Assembly (NCBI GenBank): GCA_050084985.1
Contig: JBITNC010000001.1
Coordinates: 76,322,001-76,386,000, forward strand
Direction: 5' to 3'
DNA from: Nageia nagi
Taxonomy: Eukaryota; Plantae; Pinophyta
DNA: 64,000 nt
Shown here: positions 25,544-39,300 of the stretch, piece by piece
How positions within the stretch are numbered: the first letter of the stretch is position 1
Layout of the letters: each line of letters begins with the position of its first letter
Program-made: the position numbers and the translations under genes
The notes under the pieces: model-generated
Database searches by the model: none
Seen by the model: the letters and a program-made list of their open reading frames with translations, nothing else
What the model was told of the DNA's origin: nothing

Positions 25544-25616
25544 AAAATATTACCATATTTTATAAATGTTATCATATTTCATAAATATTATCATATCCTA
25601 AAAACATGATCATGTT
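25544..25616. repeat. Short tandem repeat, ~20-21 bp x ~4
   Basis: aaatattaccatattttat / aaatgttatcatatttcat / aaatattatcatatcctaa / aaacatgatcatgtt. Confidence 0.7.
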
Positions 25617-26307
25617 TTAAGCCCTGATATTTCTAGGAGTTATTGGTGACTTCCAAATTCACTTATTTTTTATAAACATCAGGTAAATTTGAATTTATAA
25701 AAAAGTAAGAGTTTTAAAAGGTATTTGCAAACCTTTTACAAAAAAGATGGGGTATAACATTAAGTGTAGTATAATACAAAACCTAAAAAGGGAGTTATTA
25801 AAATACTAAATCAAGCCTTCAATGTTATGCTTTTAATGTAAACCATTTACAATAAATAGATCATTTAAGAAATCCATATGCTATCTACATAGAAGTAGTA
25901 TCAAACTTTAAAATATATTCATTTAAATATTTTTGAAGTCAACATTATCATCTAGTTTCAAAATTTGAATTTTCTCATATCAAAATGATTTTTCATATTT
26001 TCCTCTAATCATCTAAGACTTCAAATAATCTAATAACTCTTCTTATCTTTGTTAAGCCTTTTTGAATCCAAAATTCCATTAGTAATCCATACATATTGAT
26101 GCAAACCAGATACCTAGTTACCTTATCAGTAAGGGTATTGAATATTTTAAGCCATTTTTATATATAGATCCCCTTTTCCCAAACAATAAGTTGAGTTTAT
26201 GCTTCAAAACCAATTTATAGTTGTCAATATTTTTAAAATGAATATAAAAAAGTTATAGGGGAGTAGCCTCAAACTAAGCTCACCCTCACATGAAAAAATA
26301 GCTATTG

Positions 26308-27204
26308 GGGTAAGTGCAAGAAGATGAGTCCCACTTTAAAGGAAGTCTTAGGAACTACTAGGTTTTCATAATAACTTTTTATTTTTTTGGAACTATGAAA
26401 AAAATATATATGTACTTAATCTACATATAATTCTTCACAAGTTTCAAAAAAATTAAAATTAAAAATTATAAGTTTAATAAAAAATAATTAGGGCTAATAA
26501 AAAATTAATAAAAAATAAATAGTTATTAAAAAATTATAAAAAATATCTTGTACAATATTTAGTGTCTTAAATATCATTTCCCAAAAGTATTTAAAAAATA
26601 TTTTAATTTAGGTTCAATTATGCTTACTAGACATGATCGAATATGGTCATGAAACTATCCTTTTGAATAATAGGTTTCAATTTTATTTAATAAGTTTTTA
26701 TTTTTTTATAATTATAAAACATAATATATGCACAATTTGCATATAACTTTTCATAAGTTAAAAAATAAAAAATAAAAAACATTCATAAGTTTAGGTCAAA
26801 TTATGCTTATCAGACATGAAAACATTTTGAAATGATAATCAGGGTTAATAAAATTTAATAAAAAAGTAAATATTCATTAAAAAAAATTATAAAAAAATAT
26901 CTATCATAATCTTTAGTATCTTAGAAATATTTACCCAAAAGGAAATAAAAAAATATTTTAATTTAGGTCCAATTATGCTTACTAGACATGATGGGGTATG
27001 GTCCTAAAATTGTATTTTTTAAATAGTGGGTTTTGAACATGTATATAAAATATTAATTTATATCATCTACATGTTGGAATAAATTACATATTTAAAAACT
27101 AAACTTCTAGAACTACATTTTTACCAAGTGATCTTTTTTACGATTCAAAATCTAAGTGATTCAAATTTTGAGATCAAGTGGGACTCATCTTCTTGGACTT
27201 ACCC
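26308..27204. mobile_element. Non-autonomous TIR DNA transposon (MITE-like), 897 bp
   Basis: 29-bp TIR GGGTAAGT(G/C)CAAGAAGATGAGTCCCACTT with 1 mismatch, flanked by ATTG on both sides (26304-26307, 27205-27208). AT-rich interior with a ~170-bp direct repeat (~26490-26655, ~26841-27010). Confidence 0.92.
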
Positions 27205-30200
27205 ATTGTATGTTGCAATAGGTCTTTGTTATCCTAATGCTAACCTCTGATTTTCTATTTAATGGATCTTATTTGTAGCTCTTAGAGATTCACTATTATT
27301 TCATCATCATCAATATTGATAGAAATATGAGGTTCCTTAGTACCGATTGCTAAATCATGGTGATTTTTGTAGATTACTGAATCATAGTGAAGGGTTGCAT
27401 GTGGTAATTTTTAAAGAATCAAATTATGGAATTTTCTTTTTTATGTGGTTGAAGGGTTTCATTCTTCTTGATACGATGTGAAGGGTTTCATTGAGATATC
27501 CTTTACATATATATACTACCTTTCCCATGCAGTAGGTCCTTTTCTATTCTTGAACCTAGATGATATAAAAAAATAATATAACATAATTAGTTAAAGACTT
27601 ATATGAATCAAGTATGATTGAAAAGATGAATCTATTTCAATAAATATTGGATTTCTTCAAGAAATGATTTTTGGATATTTCTATTTTAGTTTCATAAAAA
27701 AATAACTCCATCATTGCATAAGCTAAGTAAATATCTTAGTTAGAAGAGACAAAATGCACCATAAATGTACAAACTAAATACATCTCATAGTTAGAAAATT
27801 TAGTAATCAAGCTTCAATTAGAGATCTCTTGAAGAATCTAAATCTTAGAAGAAGTTATTAGTTTTTCATGCTAAAATCATTAGAACCTAGGAGAATTAGA
27901 AGGATTTTGCTTCTAAATTAATATCAATAAATTTTACAAATATTACCAATCTTCATACATAGGTATTTGTTAATCAAAAAGATCAAAAAAACCTATCATC
28001 TAAACTAGAGATAGCAAATACAAAAATAACATGGACCCAAGTGGTAAGAGGTAATAAACATAATAAAACCCCCCTCTTGTTGAAGAAGTCATTCAAGATA
28101 AATTTCATGTAGAGAAACACCAAATATAATTTAAATCATTGAATCTTCATATGAGAAGCTTGAAACATTAAGAAGATGCCATAGTAAGTACCACTAAATT
28201 TTTGTGTAATACCTTAAACCAAAAGGAAATTCCACTATAAAGGGCATGGTATACACAATACAGCTCCCTAGTCATTCATTTTTTCACTCTTCAGGATAGA
28301 CTTAAGGCCCTTCAATATAAGAAAATTCTTTTGAGCATGAAAGATAAGATCTATCTTGATGAGGATATAACCAAATTACAGTATGAAAAAAATAAATATA
28401 ATAAAAGAGCATCTTATAAGAAAGAATGAAAGAAAGGTAAATGGGTTATTCTTCAAAATGTAAAGTCATGGATTATAGATACTCCTACTCCTAGACATGG
28501 CCCAAAAAATGGCCAAACCCCTCAACATTACGCTAGAACTTAAGTCTTCAAAATGATTTATCAATTTTTATATGGAATTACAATGGTTCTCTCTTCTTTT
28601 TCCTAAGTTCAATAGATGATGTGATTCAAAATAGAGATATTATAATATTCAAAGAAATACATGATACTAGCATGAAGTCATTGCCCTCTTATATAGGTTA
28701 CCCATGGCTATTTTTATATATATCGAAGACTGAACATGGTGCTAAGGGTTTTGGAGGTTATGTTTGTTTGTTCTATGATCATATTTCCTCTTATATACAT
28801 TTAGAATGCTCAAATTTTCATGCAAGATTTATATGTCTGTATCTATATAGAAATCCACCACTCAGTCAACTCTATATATCAATATATTATTTAACCCCCA
28901 CCTACACATCAAATATTATGATATCATATGGAGATTCACAATATTTAGATCTTTTTCCAAAAATTTCAAAATTCTCCTCCCTTGGTGATAGTCTTCTTGT
29001 GATGATTTCAATGCCTATAGAAGTATCATACAATTCTTTATATATGATATTTTTTAGATCTAATTTATCTAAAGAATATTGATCATGATAGTTTAGGCAT
29101 TTCTTGCTACTTGGTCGATGCAAAAATTGTAATCACACCATATGGTAAGTATTTGATTAACCTTGGTGATTCTCATGACATAATCATTTTAAATAGTATC
29201 AAGTAGTTCCCTCCTTCTAGTTATTTCACATGTTTACCATATGTTGGTGGAGCTAGTGTTGTTAACTATGTGATGGCCAACCTACCTTTTTCCTTAACCA
29301 TATATAATCTATGCATCTCAATTATACCCTCTTTTGCAAATCATGCCTTCCTCACCTTTAAACTTCCTTTTTTTCCCAATCATGAACTTGTCCCTCCATT
29401 TTGTTCCAAAATAATTACAAAATTCCACTTTAACCATAATTATGATGATACATATATTGAAAATCTTAAAACCTACCTTACCCATATTCAAACTATTCAT
29501 GATACTATTGAGAAAGAAAACTATTTTTCCACATAATGTAAATCCTTACATAGGCTCACTCAATGAATTGATCCCTATAATCCCTTGAATTATAAGCTAG
29601 CCCAAAATCATTATCATTAATTTCTTAGGAAGGAAAGGTGCTAATTCTTATCAAGAAAAAGGAAAAAAATTATAAACATGTTCAAACTTAACCTCAAAAT
29701 GTTTTGGCATATATTCCTACCAAAAAAGAAAACTTATCCCATTTTTTACCATCGTAGTTGGTATACCTATGCTAGCTCACTCTATGATATCCCAAACCAT
29801 AACCTAATTATCCTCTACCCATGACCATCACATTATAACTTATTCATTAATGAAATGATTATTCAAGCTATTCATAAACTACAAACTATTAAAGTAGTTA
29901 ATATTGATAATTTGAAGGAATAATTTCTTAAATATATCCCTATAGTCTTGGCTACATATATTTCTAAACTCTTCAACAATATAATTACTCATTAGTTCCC
30001 ATTCTCTTGGTCTTAAAATATCATACACCCCATCCATAAATTAGGTGATCCACTAAACCTACAAAATTATAGAACTATTACGGTTGGCCATACACTTACA
30101 AAATGTTTTGCAATAGTTCTTAATATTTTTATTTCCAATTTTATTAAGGATTAGAAAATTCATACCAAAGAGTAAGTTAGTTTCAAAAGAAATCATTGCA

Positions 30201-30452
30201 CTAGTGATCATATTCTAACTCTTAGGGCTATCATTAAGAATCTAAATCTAATAAACATATGGTATATTTTTTTTTATTGACTTCAAGAAAGAATTTTATG
30301 CTATGCCCAAGTAGTTACTACTTTAGAGGTTAAAGGATCTAGAAATTCCAGAGGAGGTTCCTTTGTTGGTTATGATCTTATATGAGAAAGTTATTAGACA
30401 AGTTTAGATTAGATTAATCAGAAAAAAAAATATGTTCACAGTACCATAAGGG

Positions 30453-32154
30453 TGATGTAACTCAACAATCCACTTTACATTTTTTTTAAATTTTTGGACC
30501 TTTAAATAGATTAAAATTACAAATAATACCACATGGTTTTAGTACATGGTAAAGATACAAGTAATACCACATGGTTTTAGCATATGGTAAAAATACAAGT
30601 AATAACACATGGTTTTCAAATTAGCCTCCACTAACAATTAACTCTCTATTTTCTAATTATAAAAAAGAAATCCTATAATATAGCTAGTATGAGGCCCAAA
30701 ATAGAACCATGCATCCATTACTCAATACAAGCAATTATTTCAAAAATAGGTAATAAACTTAAATGCTAAATTTAGACCATAAGATAAACTCTTCATGGCT
30801 TAAAAACATCTTTAAAGGAGATGTTACCAAATTAAAGATATTTTAATTCTATGCAATCTAAAAAAAATGAGCTCAAAATGATAGCAAGATCAAAAGTTAT
30901 GACCTCTACAAGGTACATCATTCTCCTTTGGTTGACAAGAACTTAGCCCCTGAGTTCCTCTAATTTTAGGAAGTGATCACATCTTGGAACAAGAACTAAT
31001 CCTCAAGAGAATCACTAAGATCAATGTGTTAGTGTTTATGGTAAACACCAAAATTATAGTATTTTATGCCTAAAACCTAACCTTGCAAGTGTTTATGGAG
31101 AACATCAAAACTATGGTATTTTATGGCTAATAACTAACCCTACAAGTGTTTATGGAGAACACCAAAACCATGGTGTTTTATGGCTAACACTAAACCTTAA
31201 AAGCTTCCAAAGTAAGAGCAATGTGTAAGATGAATCTATAAGTGTTTATGGTTAATACTTGAACCTGTAGACTTTTAAAACCCATTCATCTACATCATCA
31301 AAACTTTCCTCCTAGGTTACACAAGTCCTTTTGTAAGTACTTTTACACCAAGCACAAATAGCCTTCAAGTATTTATGGATAACACCAAACCCATAGGCCT
31401 TTCAAAAGCCATCCATTTACATCATCTAAACTCTCTCATTTCTATTTTCCAAGGATGCACAAGCCTTGTGCAAAATATGTTTATCCTTAAAAAATATCCA
31501 TATATAAGGAAAATTATAGATCAGCTCAAATTTTAACATATCTCATACACAAAAATATAGATCCATTCATAGCTACTCCTAAATATTCTTCAATTATCTA
31601 GATCCTTTAGAACATGCATGCATGTATCAAAAGAAATGCAAAATCACTTGAATAAGATGAGAGAGGACTATCAATGGGTAATCCCTCTCACATGAATGAT
31701 TTTACTTGCTCTTATACTAGATGATGTAACTCAAAAACCCACTCTACTTTTCATTAAACTATTGGGCCTTTAAATAGGCTAAAATTATAAATAATACCAT
31801 ATGGTAAAAAGGCAAGTAATACCATATGGTTTTAGCACATGGTTTTAAAATTAGCCTCCACTAACATTTAACTATCATTTTTATAATTATAAAATAATAA
31901 ATTCAAGAATATATCTAAGATGAGGCCCAAAATAGAACCATGCATCCATTATTCAATACATGCAATTATTTCAAAAATAGACAATAAACTTAAATGCTAA
32001 ATTTGGACCACAAGATGAACTCTCCTAGGATTAAGTATATATTGTTTAAAGGATATGTTATGGAATTATAGATATTTTAATTCTTCTTGATATAAAAAAA
32101 AATAGGATCAAAATGATATTAGATGAAAAGTTATGACCTCTACGAGGTACATCA
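30453..32154 (-). mobile_element. TRIM-like non-coding LTR element inserted in the LINE RT
   Basis: LTRs 30453-30920 and 31722-32154 with TGATGTA...TACATCA ends. TSD aaggg/agggg. Minus-strand PBS-like tagtataagagc at 31708-31719 and PPT-like aaaggagaa at 30921-30929. Removing it restores LINE STIGVKQGCPLSP. Confidence 0.92.
31030..31400. repeat. ~57-bp tandem repeat inside the TRIM-like element
   Basis: aagtgtttatggagaacaccaaaaccatggtgttttatggctaacactaaacc-like unit x3 (31031-31197), with partial copies at ~31240 and ~31367. Confidence 0.8.
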
Positions 32155-35100
32155 AGGGGTTAAACAGGGATGCCCACTTTCACCTACACTCTTCGAATTA
32201 TATATTGATGAATTAGAGATGCTCATTATGGAATCTCTAGCTAATAGAGTAGGTTATTTACTTTTTGGTATTGTAATTATTATTTTCTATTTGTTAATGA
32301 TATTATCCTAATGTCACATACAATAGTAAGACTTCTTAGCACATACTCTAAATTACAAGGGCTAGAAGTTAATCTCTAGAAAATAAAATTCATGACATTC
32401 AATCTACATAAGAAAGATCTCTCTTTAGTTCACATCATATATAAAGGGAAGGTTGTTGAGGTTGTACAACATATACATACTTGAGATTTCTTTTTATAGT
32501 ACCCACCTTCATCATGATCCTTGCATCTCAAGAAAGGCTAAACAAAGGTTATGCTACCTTAGCCTCTCTAGAAAAAAATGCTTTCAGCTCTAGTTTCAAG
32601 ATATTAACATGAATATCAAACTCTTCTATATTATTGTTACTCTTACACTACTTTATGATTGTGAAGTCTAAGTAACTAGCCATAAATAGATGAATTGATC
32701 TCATATTGAAAGGGTTATAATTTCATCTCTATCCATGTTAATTTGTTTCAAAAGAATTGTTCCACATCCAATCATTCTAGTTGACTTTGGTGCTCGTCTA
32801 TTATTTACAACAACACTATTTCATATTATCTCTTTTTTTTTGTAGACTTGATTTTATGGAAAATATTGATTTTGATTTGAGAAAATATCCATATTTAGCA
32901 CTACATTCCTCAATATAGTTGGCCAATCAAGGAAAAAATAATTGATGGTATGCTCAAACTACTACTCTACTTCAATCTCTTGGTTTAGAAATCATGAGAC
33001 CTCCTCCTACTAAGCCATTAATCAATGTATCATATTCTAATAAAGAGGTTCAAGATGAGATATATTCAACATATATGAAAACTATTTGGATTGATCCAAA
33101 GGAACTTTTGTCACCAAAATTGCTCCATTACTTTGGTTTTATCTCTAACTACATAATGGATTGATCACTACTGATCCATAATTAGAAGGATTAAATTTTA
33201 ATTTAATTCCTTCCTCAGATCATATCATGCTTAAATTAATTGTGTGCTTGAAAACTTGAAGAATTATAGAATTTAAATAGAATCTATGTGCAAAACTAGA
33301 GAAGAAAACACACCACAAAAAGACACAATAATTTACCCTAGTTCACTTAGTATGGGATATATCCAAGAATAAAAGATCTCTTCAATCAGTGGATGTTGAA
33401 AAATGTACAATAGCCTCTATAGTACTTCAGTACTTCTCCTCATAATTACATAAAACCTTATTTCTAAAAAATACAAAACTATACTCTCTATAATCCTCTT
33501 TATTAGACACCTATCACTTACCTATTTATATAAGAAATTAACTAGTCAAGTTTGGAGTATTTACAATAAGAAGATAAGAAAAAAAAATACTAATTTTATA
33601 TACCCATTATGCTTATCCACCTCTTGTTTAAATTTTGCCTCAAATGGTTGAGCCAATCCCCTAGTAAGGACTTTTGAAGATAAAAATGTATGCTCTCTAG
33701 AAATACATAAGCTTGCAAATAAACTCAACATTGTAATAGGCCTAAACACCAATAAAATAAATAACACACCTTAAAATACCATAAAGTAAATGTAAAAATA
33801 TGCAATATTTCAAAAATTGGAATGAGAAAATGAATTGGTGCAACTTGGTATCATGCAAATAATAGTCAAACCCTTATTGTTAGATAGATTGATGTCAACA
33901 GCAAGTTGGTAATTTTAATGGCTTAGTCAAGAGGTCATTTACCCATTAGACATGTTCCACTAGCATGAATGGTGTGGCTCTATGTGGGTTTCACATGGTA
34001 GGGTTGTCAGAGTGGATCACCTCCATGGCTCGAGAACTTTATCTCCCTCAATGCATCAACGAGCAGGTATAAGCCCATGCCTTCCCTACACAATCATACA
34101 TTGTAATGTTGTTCTTTCATAATCACACTCCAAAGATAGGGTAACATTATAACATTCTTTATTCTTTCATTATTTTCAAATAAATCATTCTTAATTCCCA
34201 TATCCTACTCCCCTTTCATGACTTTATAAATATTGGAAGTGATCTTTCTTTTTTATACTTAGTTAATTTTATAATATTTTGCTTAGTCTTGACAAAGTTC
34301 AATTACTATCAATAATCTAGGTCCTATAAATGTAATTAAGTCTTAAACAATTTTGGTAAATTAACCACTATATTATTTAAAAATAGAAATTATTATGTAA
34401 ATAACTCTCAAAGGTTCATCATAGTTTAGTCAGGTGTATTACGGTAATTGTACATAGCTTTAAGGTCACAAGTTGTTGCAAATATGTCTAAGTCATGTCC
34501 AAGAAGTGCTGTGATATGTCTAAGAAAAATTGTAGCATGTAAGGGAAGTAAATTTCTAAGTCTACTGTAGAAATCTAAGTCTTTAAGAAATATTGTAAAT
34601 ATAAGTTTTTATTGAGTCAAAGTTACTAGCAGGTATTACTGTAAAGCCCATGAATTTTCAGAGGAAAAGTTTCATGATGCACCAAAACTCAGTGGAAGAT
34701 ATTGTAATAAGTCTATCTTTTAAGACCCATCGATTTGAATTAATGATGTCATACCTTTTGTCTAAAAATAGTGGGTGTTAAGATAATCTTCAATGGGTAC
34801 TACATAAAGAATATTCAATGGTAGATATTTTAGAAGATCAAAAAATAGAACCTATCGATTTTGAGTGATGATGTCAGATATTTTACAAAAAATTGATATG
34901 AGTCAAAGAAAATCTTTGCCATCACTAAACCCTACCAAAAGAAAGTAGAACCCACCATACTAAGAAAGGAATAATGAGTTAAGGAGAACACTTAGGTCCA
35001 CTTAATCATGAGTGTTTGACCCTCAATGCTCTATCAATGTGTTGACCATAACTCATTTCCACACGATAGTAGTAGTTCTTCCTTAGATTTCAATAATATA

Positions 35101-36302
35101 TTCTTCATTTCCCTCCCTATTCCATGTAACTTGGAGCTATATTAATGACCATAAATGGTTGCAAAAAATTACATGGCTACCAAAAGAACATAGAGACATG
35201 TTGTACCAATCAAGCTAATGGACCATGCCTTCATAATCATCTATAGTCATAATAAGATGTAATCAATGATAGAGCAAAGTGATTGCGATTGGGAGGTATA
35301 GCAGTTAAGAGATATTAAACTCCTATACCTTAGCATTGATTGTACTTAATCATTGTATAGTAATTATGATTATAATTTGTACAATTGTAAATAGTTCCTT
35401 ATACTACAATAGTTCCTTATACAGTTCTTAGTCAATAGAGTAATTAAGAATAATAATAGTGGACAACCACCCAATGGTAGATGTAAATATATAAATAATG
35501 GACTATTATAAGTCCAAAAGATCAAACATTCTAGCAAATTTTCTCAGTGTATGAGATGCTTTATGTATGATAATACAATACAATGATGCTTTTCCGTTCA
35601 TAGTTTGTGGTTCTTCATTATGTTTTGGTAAATGTTATGCATGAAGTATTTTCTTAAGTTATGGTTGTGTATTATGATTGTGAGACCCCAAGAGTAAGAT
35701 AGTTTGCTATTCATAATAATATTGGTTATGGATTACTTCTTGTGTGGTAATTCCCAGGCTTGTTAATTTTAGTTTACTTTTTTTATCTTGTTCATTTTTC
35801 TCTTTCCTATTACTCTCATATGTTATCTCTTTCTAGCCACTTTTAACCTTACTATAGATAGGAACCAGCCTATAATCTGAAGATTGAGCATAAAATCCTA
35901 AGTACACTCTCCCACCACCTTGTGCTCTTTCAAGAATCCTTCTATTGTGGGCAATGGAGTACATGACTAGACCAAACCCTTAAGGTTACATGATATTGAT
36001 CAATAGTAAAAAAAGTCCATTTTTAGCATGCTCGATGGGATGCAAACTAAATTCAAAATTTAGTGTGAATGAAGAGGCCAGATAACTATGTTTGGTAATC
36101 TATCATTTAGTGCTTTTAAATATTATAAGGTTTTTCTTTCCTTATTGGCAACTCTGCTATCAACCAGTCAATATTTTGAACCATGGCACCATCAAAATAT
36201 AGACTTACTAGAAGTAGTGCTAGAAATTCCTTAAGATAGCCCAGATTTCAAGAGCTATCAATTCCTAATAGGAGGATTAGGTGAAATATTTCCCATATAT
36301 TA

Positions 36303-39300
36303 TTGCCTCAAACTCCCTTGATATCTATCCCATTATCAACCATGTTTGACTCTACCCCACAAAATCCTCCACCTAATACTAGTGGTCCAAACATGGCCAA
36401 AGTTGCTCCAGCTAATTTCTTTACTTGGAATAATGACCATCCCTTGGTTTTTCCTACTAATTCCTTAACTATTCCTCAAACAAATTTTAAAGTTTTGCCT
36501 AAATATGATGATTCTAGAAACACCCCATATAAGCATTATTATGATGTCTCTCTTTTGGCCTTAAGTTTTGATATTATTGATGAAACTGTTATGACTAAAT
36601 TGTTATCATATTCATTTGAAGGAAAAGTAATTGAATGGGCTAGAACACTCACCCTCCAATCTATAAATACATGGGAAGATTTATTTCAATATCTAATCAA
36701 AAGATTTATTATTGATGGTGATGATAGCACCTTTTTGAGCCTTATAGCATGTATCAAAAAGCACACTCATGAGTCTATCAATGATTTCAATATAAGATTT
36801 GAGAAAATATAGAAGTTTATTCTAGTAAGAATTAGATTGAAAAATGCATAAGCCTTAGTATACTAAAGGAAAGCTCTCCTCCTTGATCTCAATATGCTTA
36901 TTGTCATGTTTGGAGATACTTTCCCTGATGTCTACTAGATAACCAAAACTTCTGAACATACCCTAGTATCCTTTGGAAAGATGCAACTAAGATATATCAT
37001 GACTTTGTTTCCTTATTTGTCTCCTAAATAAGCTCCATAAATATTCCATCCTAAAATATTAGTGTTTCCACACCCTCCTCCTAAGCCCATAATATAATAC
37101 ATAGTTAAATACCAACATTACCTACCTTTGCATCTACAAGTACAAATACTAATCCTAAATCTCAAGAGGAAGAATTAATAAGGCAATTGGAGGTAACCAT
37201 GAAGAACCTTACAAATAAGCTCACTCTACAAGAAAGGTAATATTAAGGCTTCAATTAGAAAAGATATGATAACCAGTATCAACCAAGATTCTAGCCTAGG
37301 AATAATAAAATAGAATAGCCTATTATTCCTAAAGAAATTGATAATATGGTTATGACTAATGCTATAGATAATGATGCTATGGGCATTATAGAATGGTATC
37401 CTCCATGTTTAGCTCCTCATTTCCTAGACTCTTGTGTGATATATCAACATCAACACTTGGGATTACATTCTTATCAAATGGTAGAACCTACATTAAATCC
37501 TATTACAAACCTTACCATGGTTAATTTTTAGCTTCTAGGTAATGTTGGAGAATAATATAAGTATGTTCAAACTAGAGCCTCTTTTTTAATGATTCCAAAA
37601 CAAGCCCAAGTCACTCAGCAAAATCAATAAACCATTTCAACTCAACTAGATCCAAAAAGAGCTAAGGGTCCTATGCTCCAAATACTGAATCAAGAGAATT
37701 AACTTCTTGGATATCCAAGTCATATTTCTTAGACCCAAGTATAACTACCTCTATAGCAAGAAATCCTGATGTAACCAAAAAAGAAGTCCTAGAAAAAGAA
37801 AGGTCTCATCCATTAAGATATCCTTTCATCACTAATCATCATAAGGAAAAGGAAACTCAGCATTTTAGATCAAATCAAGTTGCTAAAATAAGTAATTTTT
37901 CCCCTTATGCTCCATACAACATTGTGGAAGAATTAAAGAAAACACCTTCTATAATGATAATATTTGATGTATTAAAGATTCTTGATCAAATTGGTCTTTT
38001 GCAAGAATCTTTTAAGTTTAAAAATAATAAGAAAAGGGTAAATGAGGGCAATGTTAATTTTGCAATATCTAATGATGTCCCTTTAGCTCCTATAGGAATA
38101 AGAAAATCTCCACCTTTATACCTATCCCTTAGGTAGTTAATAATTGTATGATAGATACTGAAGTTGTTATTACTATCATTCCTAAATTAGTTGTAAATGA
38201 AATGAAACTGTACATTACTTGATGCATAAATGAAGTCATACAATTAGATTCTTCCTCTGTAGATGTTTTTGCTAGTGTTAAAAGAGTTTCAATAACTCTA
38301 AATGCATTCTTTGATATCTATTTCATTCAAGATATTATAGTTATTGATATTCCACCTCTATTTGGTATTTATATATCTAGAGTTTACTACTAAATTGGAA
38401 GGGTATCTAGCTTTAGATTGTACACATCTTCTACTCCTCTTCCAAAATAAATAAGTAAAGATTGTAAATGAGGGTACCAAAAGTATTCATATTAAGAAGA
38501 TCACAAAGCAAAATTATATGAATGACCCTGAACTAGTAGAAGTGTTTGAAAAGGATTCACTCAAAGAAACATTATTAACCATGAAAATTCTTTCAACCAA
38601 TGATCTCAATTACCAAGTCAATGGCATTAGCATCGATAAATATTATTTATATGAAAATGTGCAACCAATCTCAGTCAAACTAAAAGGGAGAATGAAATAT
38701 GAAAAATGTACTTTGATTAAGCTAGATGTAAACATGGCTATGGGGTTGGTGTTGTCTTTAAATCACTAGAAGAACTTATAAGAAGATTCTCATTCAGATT
38801 CACATAGCTTTGTATAAACAATGTTGTTTAATATGAAGCCCTTTGTTTAGGGTTATCAAAAGCTTTCAACATAGGCATTAGATTCTTAGTAGTCCATGGT
38901 GATTATCAACTCATCATAAAGTAAGTTAGAAACTATATCAATGTAAAACATCACTATTTGAATACATATTGGAATAGGGTAGGAGACTTACTAGAGTCAT
39001 TTCTAACAATTAATTTTATCTCTATTCCTAGAAGGTATAATTAAGTTGTTGATGCACTTGCTAGTAAGGAGGCATGTTGTAACTTTGCTCATTATAGAAG
39101 AGGAAGCTTTAGAATCAAAATACAATGTAGGCCATTAGTATTTGATACTACAAACTTCTACCAGGTATTTGACTCTAATGAGAATATCATGAATTTCCTA
39201 TTAGATGAAGCAGTTGCTAATACCTTTGGTATTGAAGAACTACTTGACTATTTTTAGGAGTTAGATGTAATACAAATTAGAAACAATATTATACTAAAAG

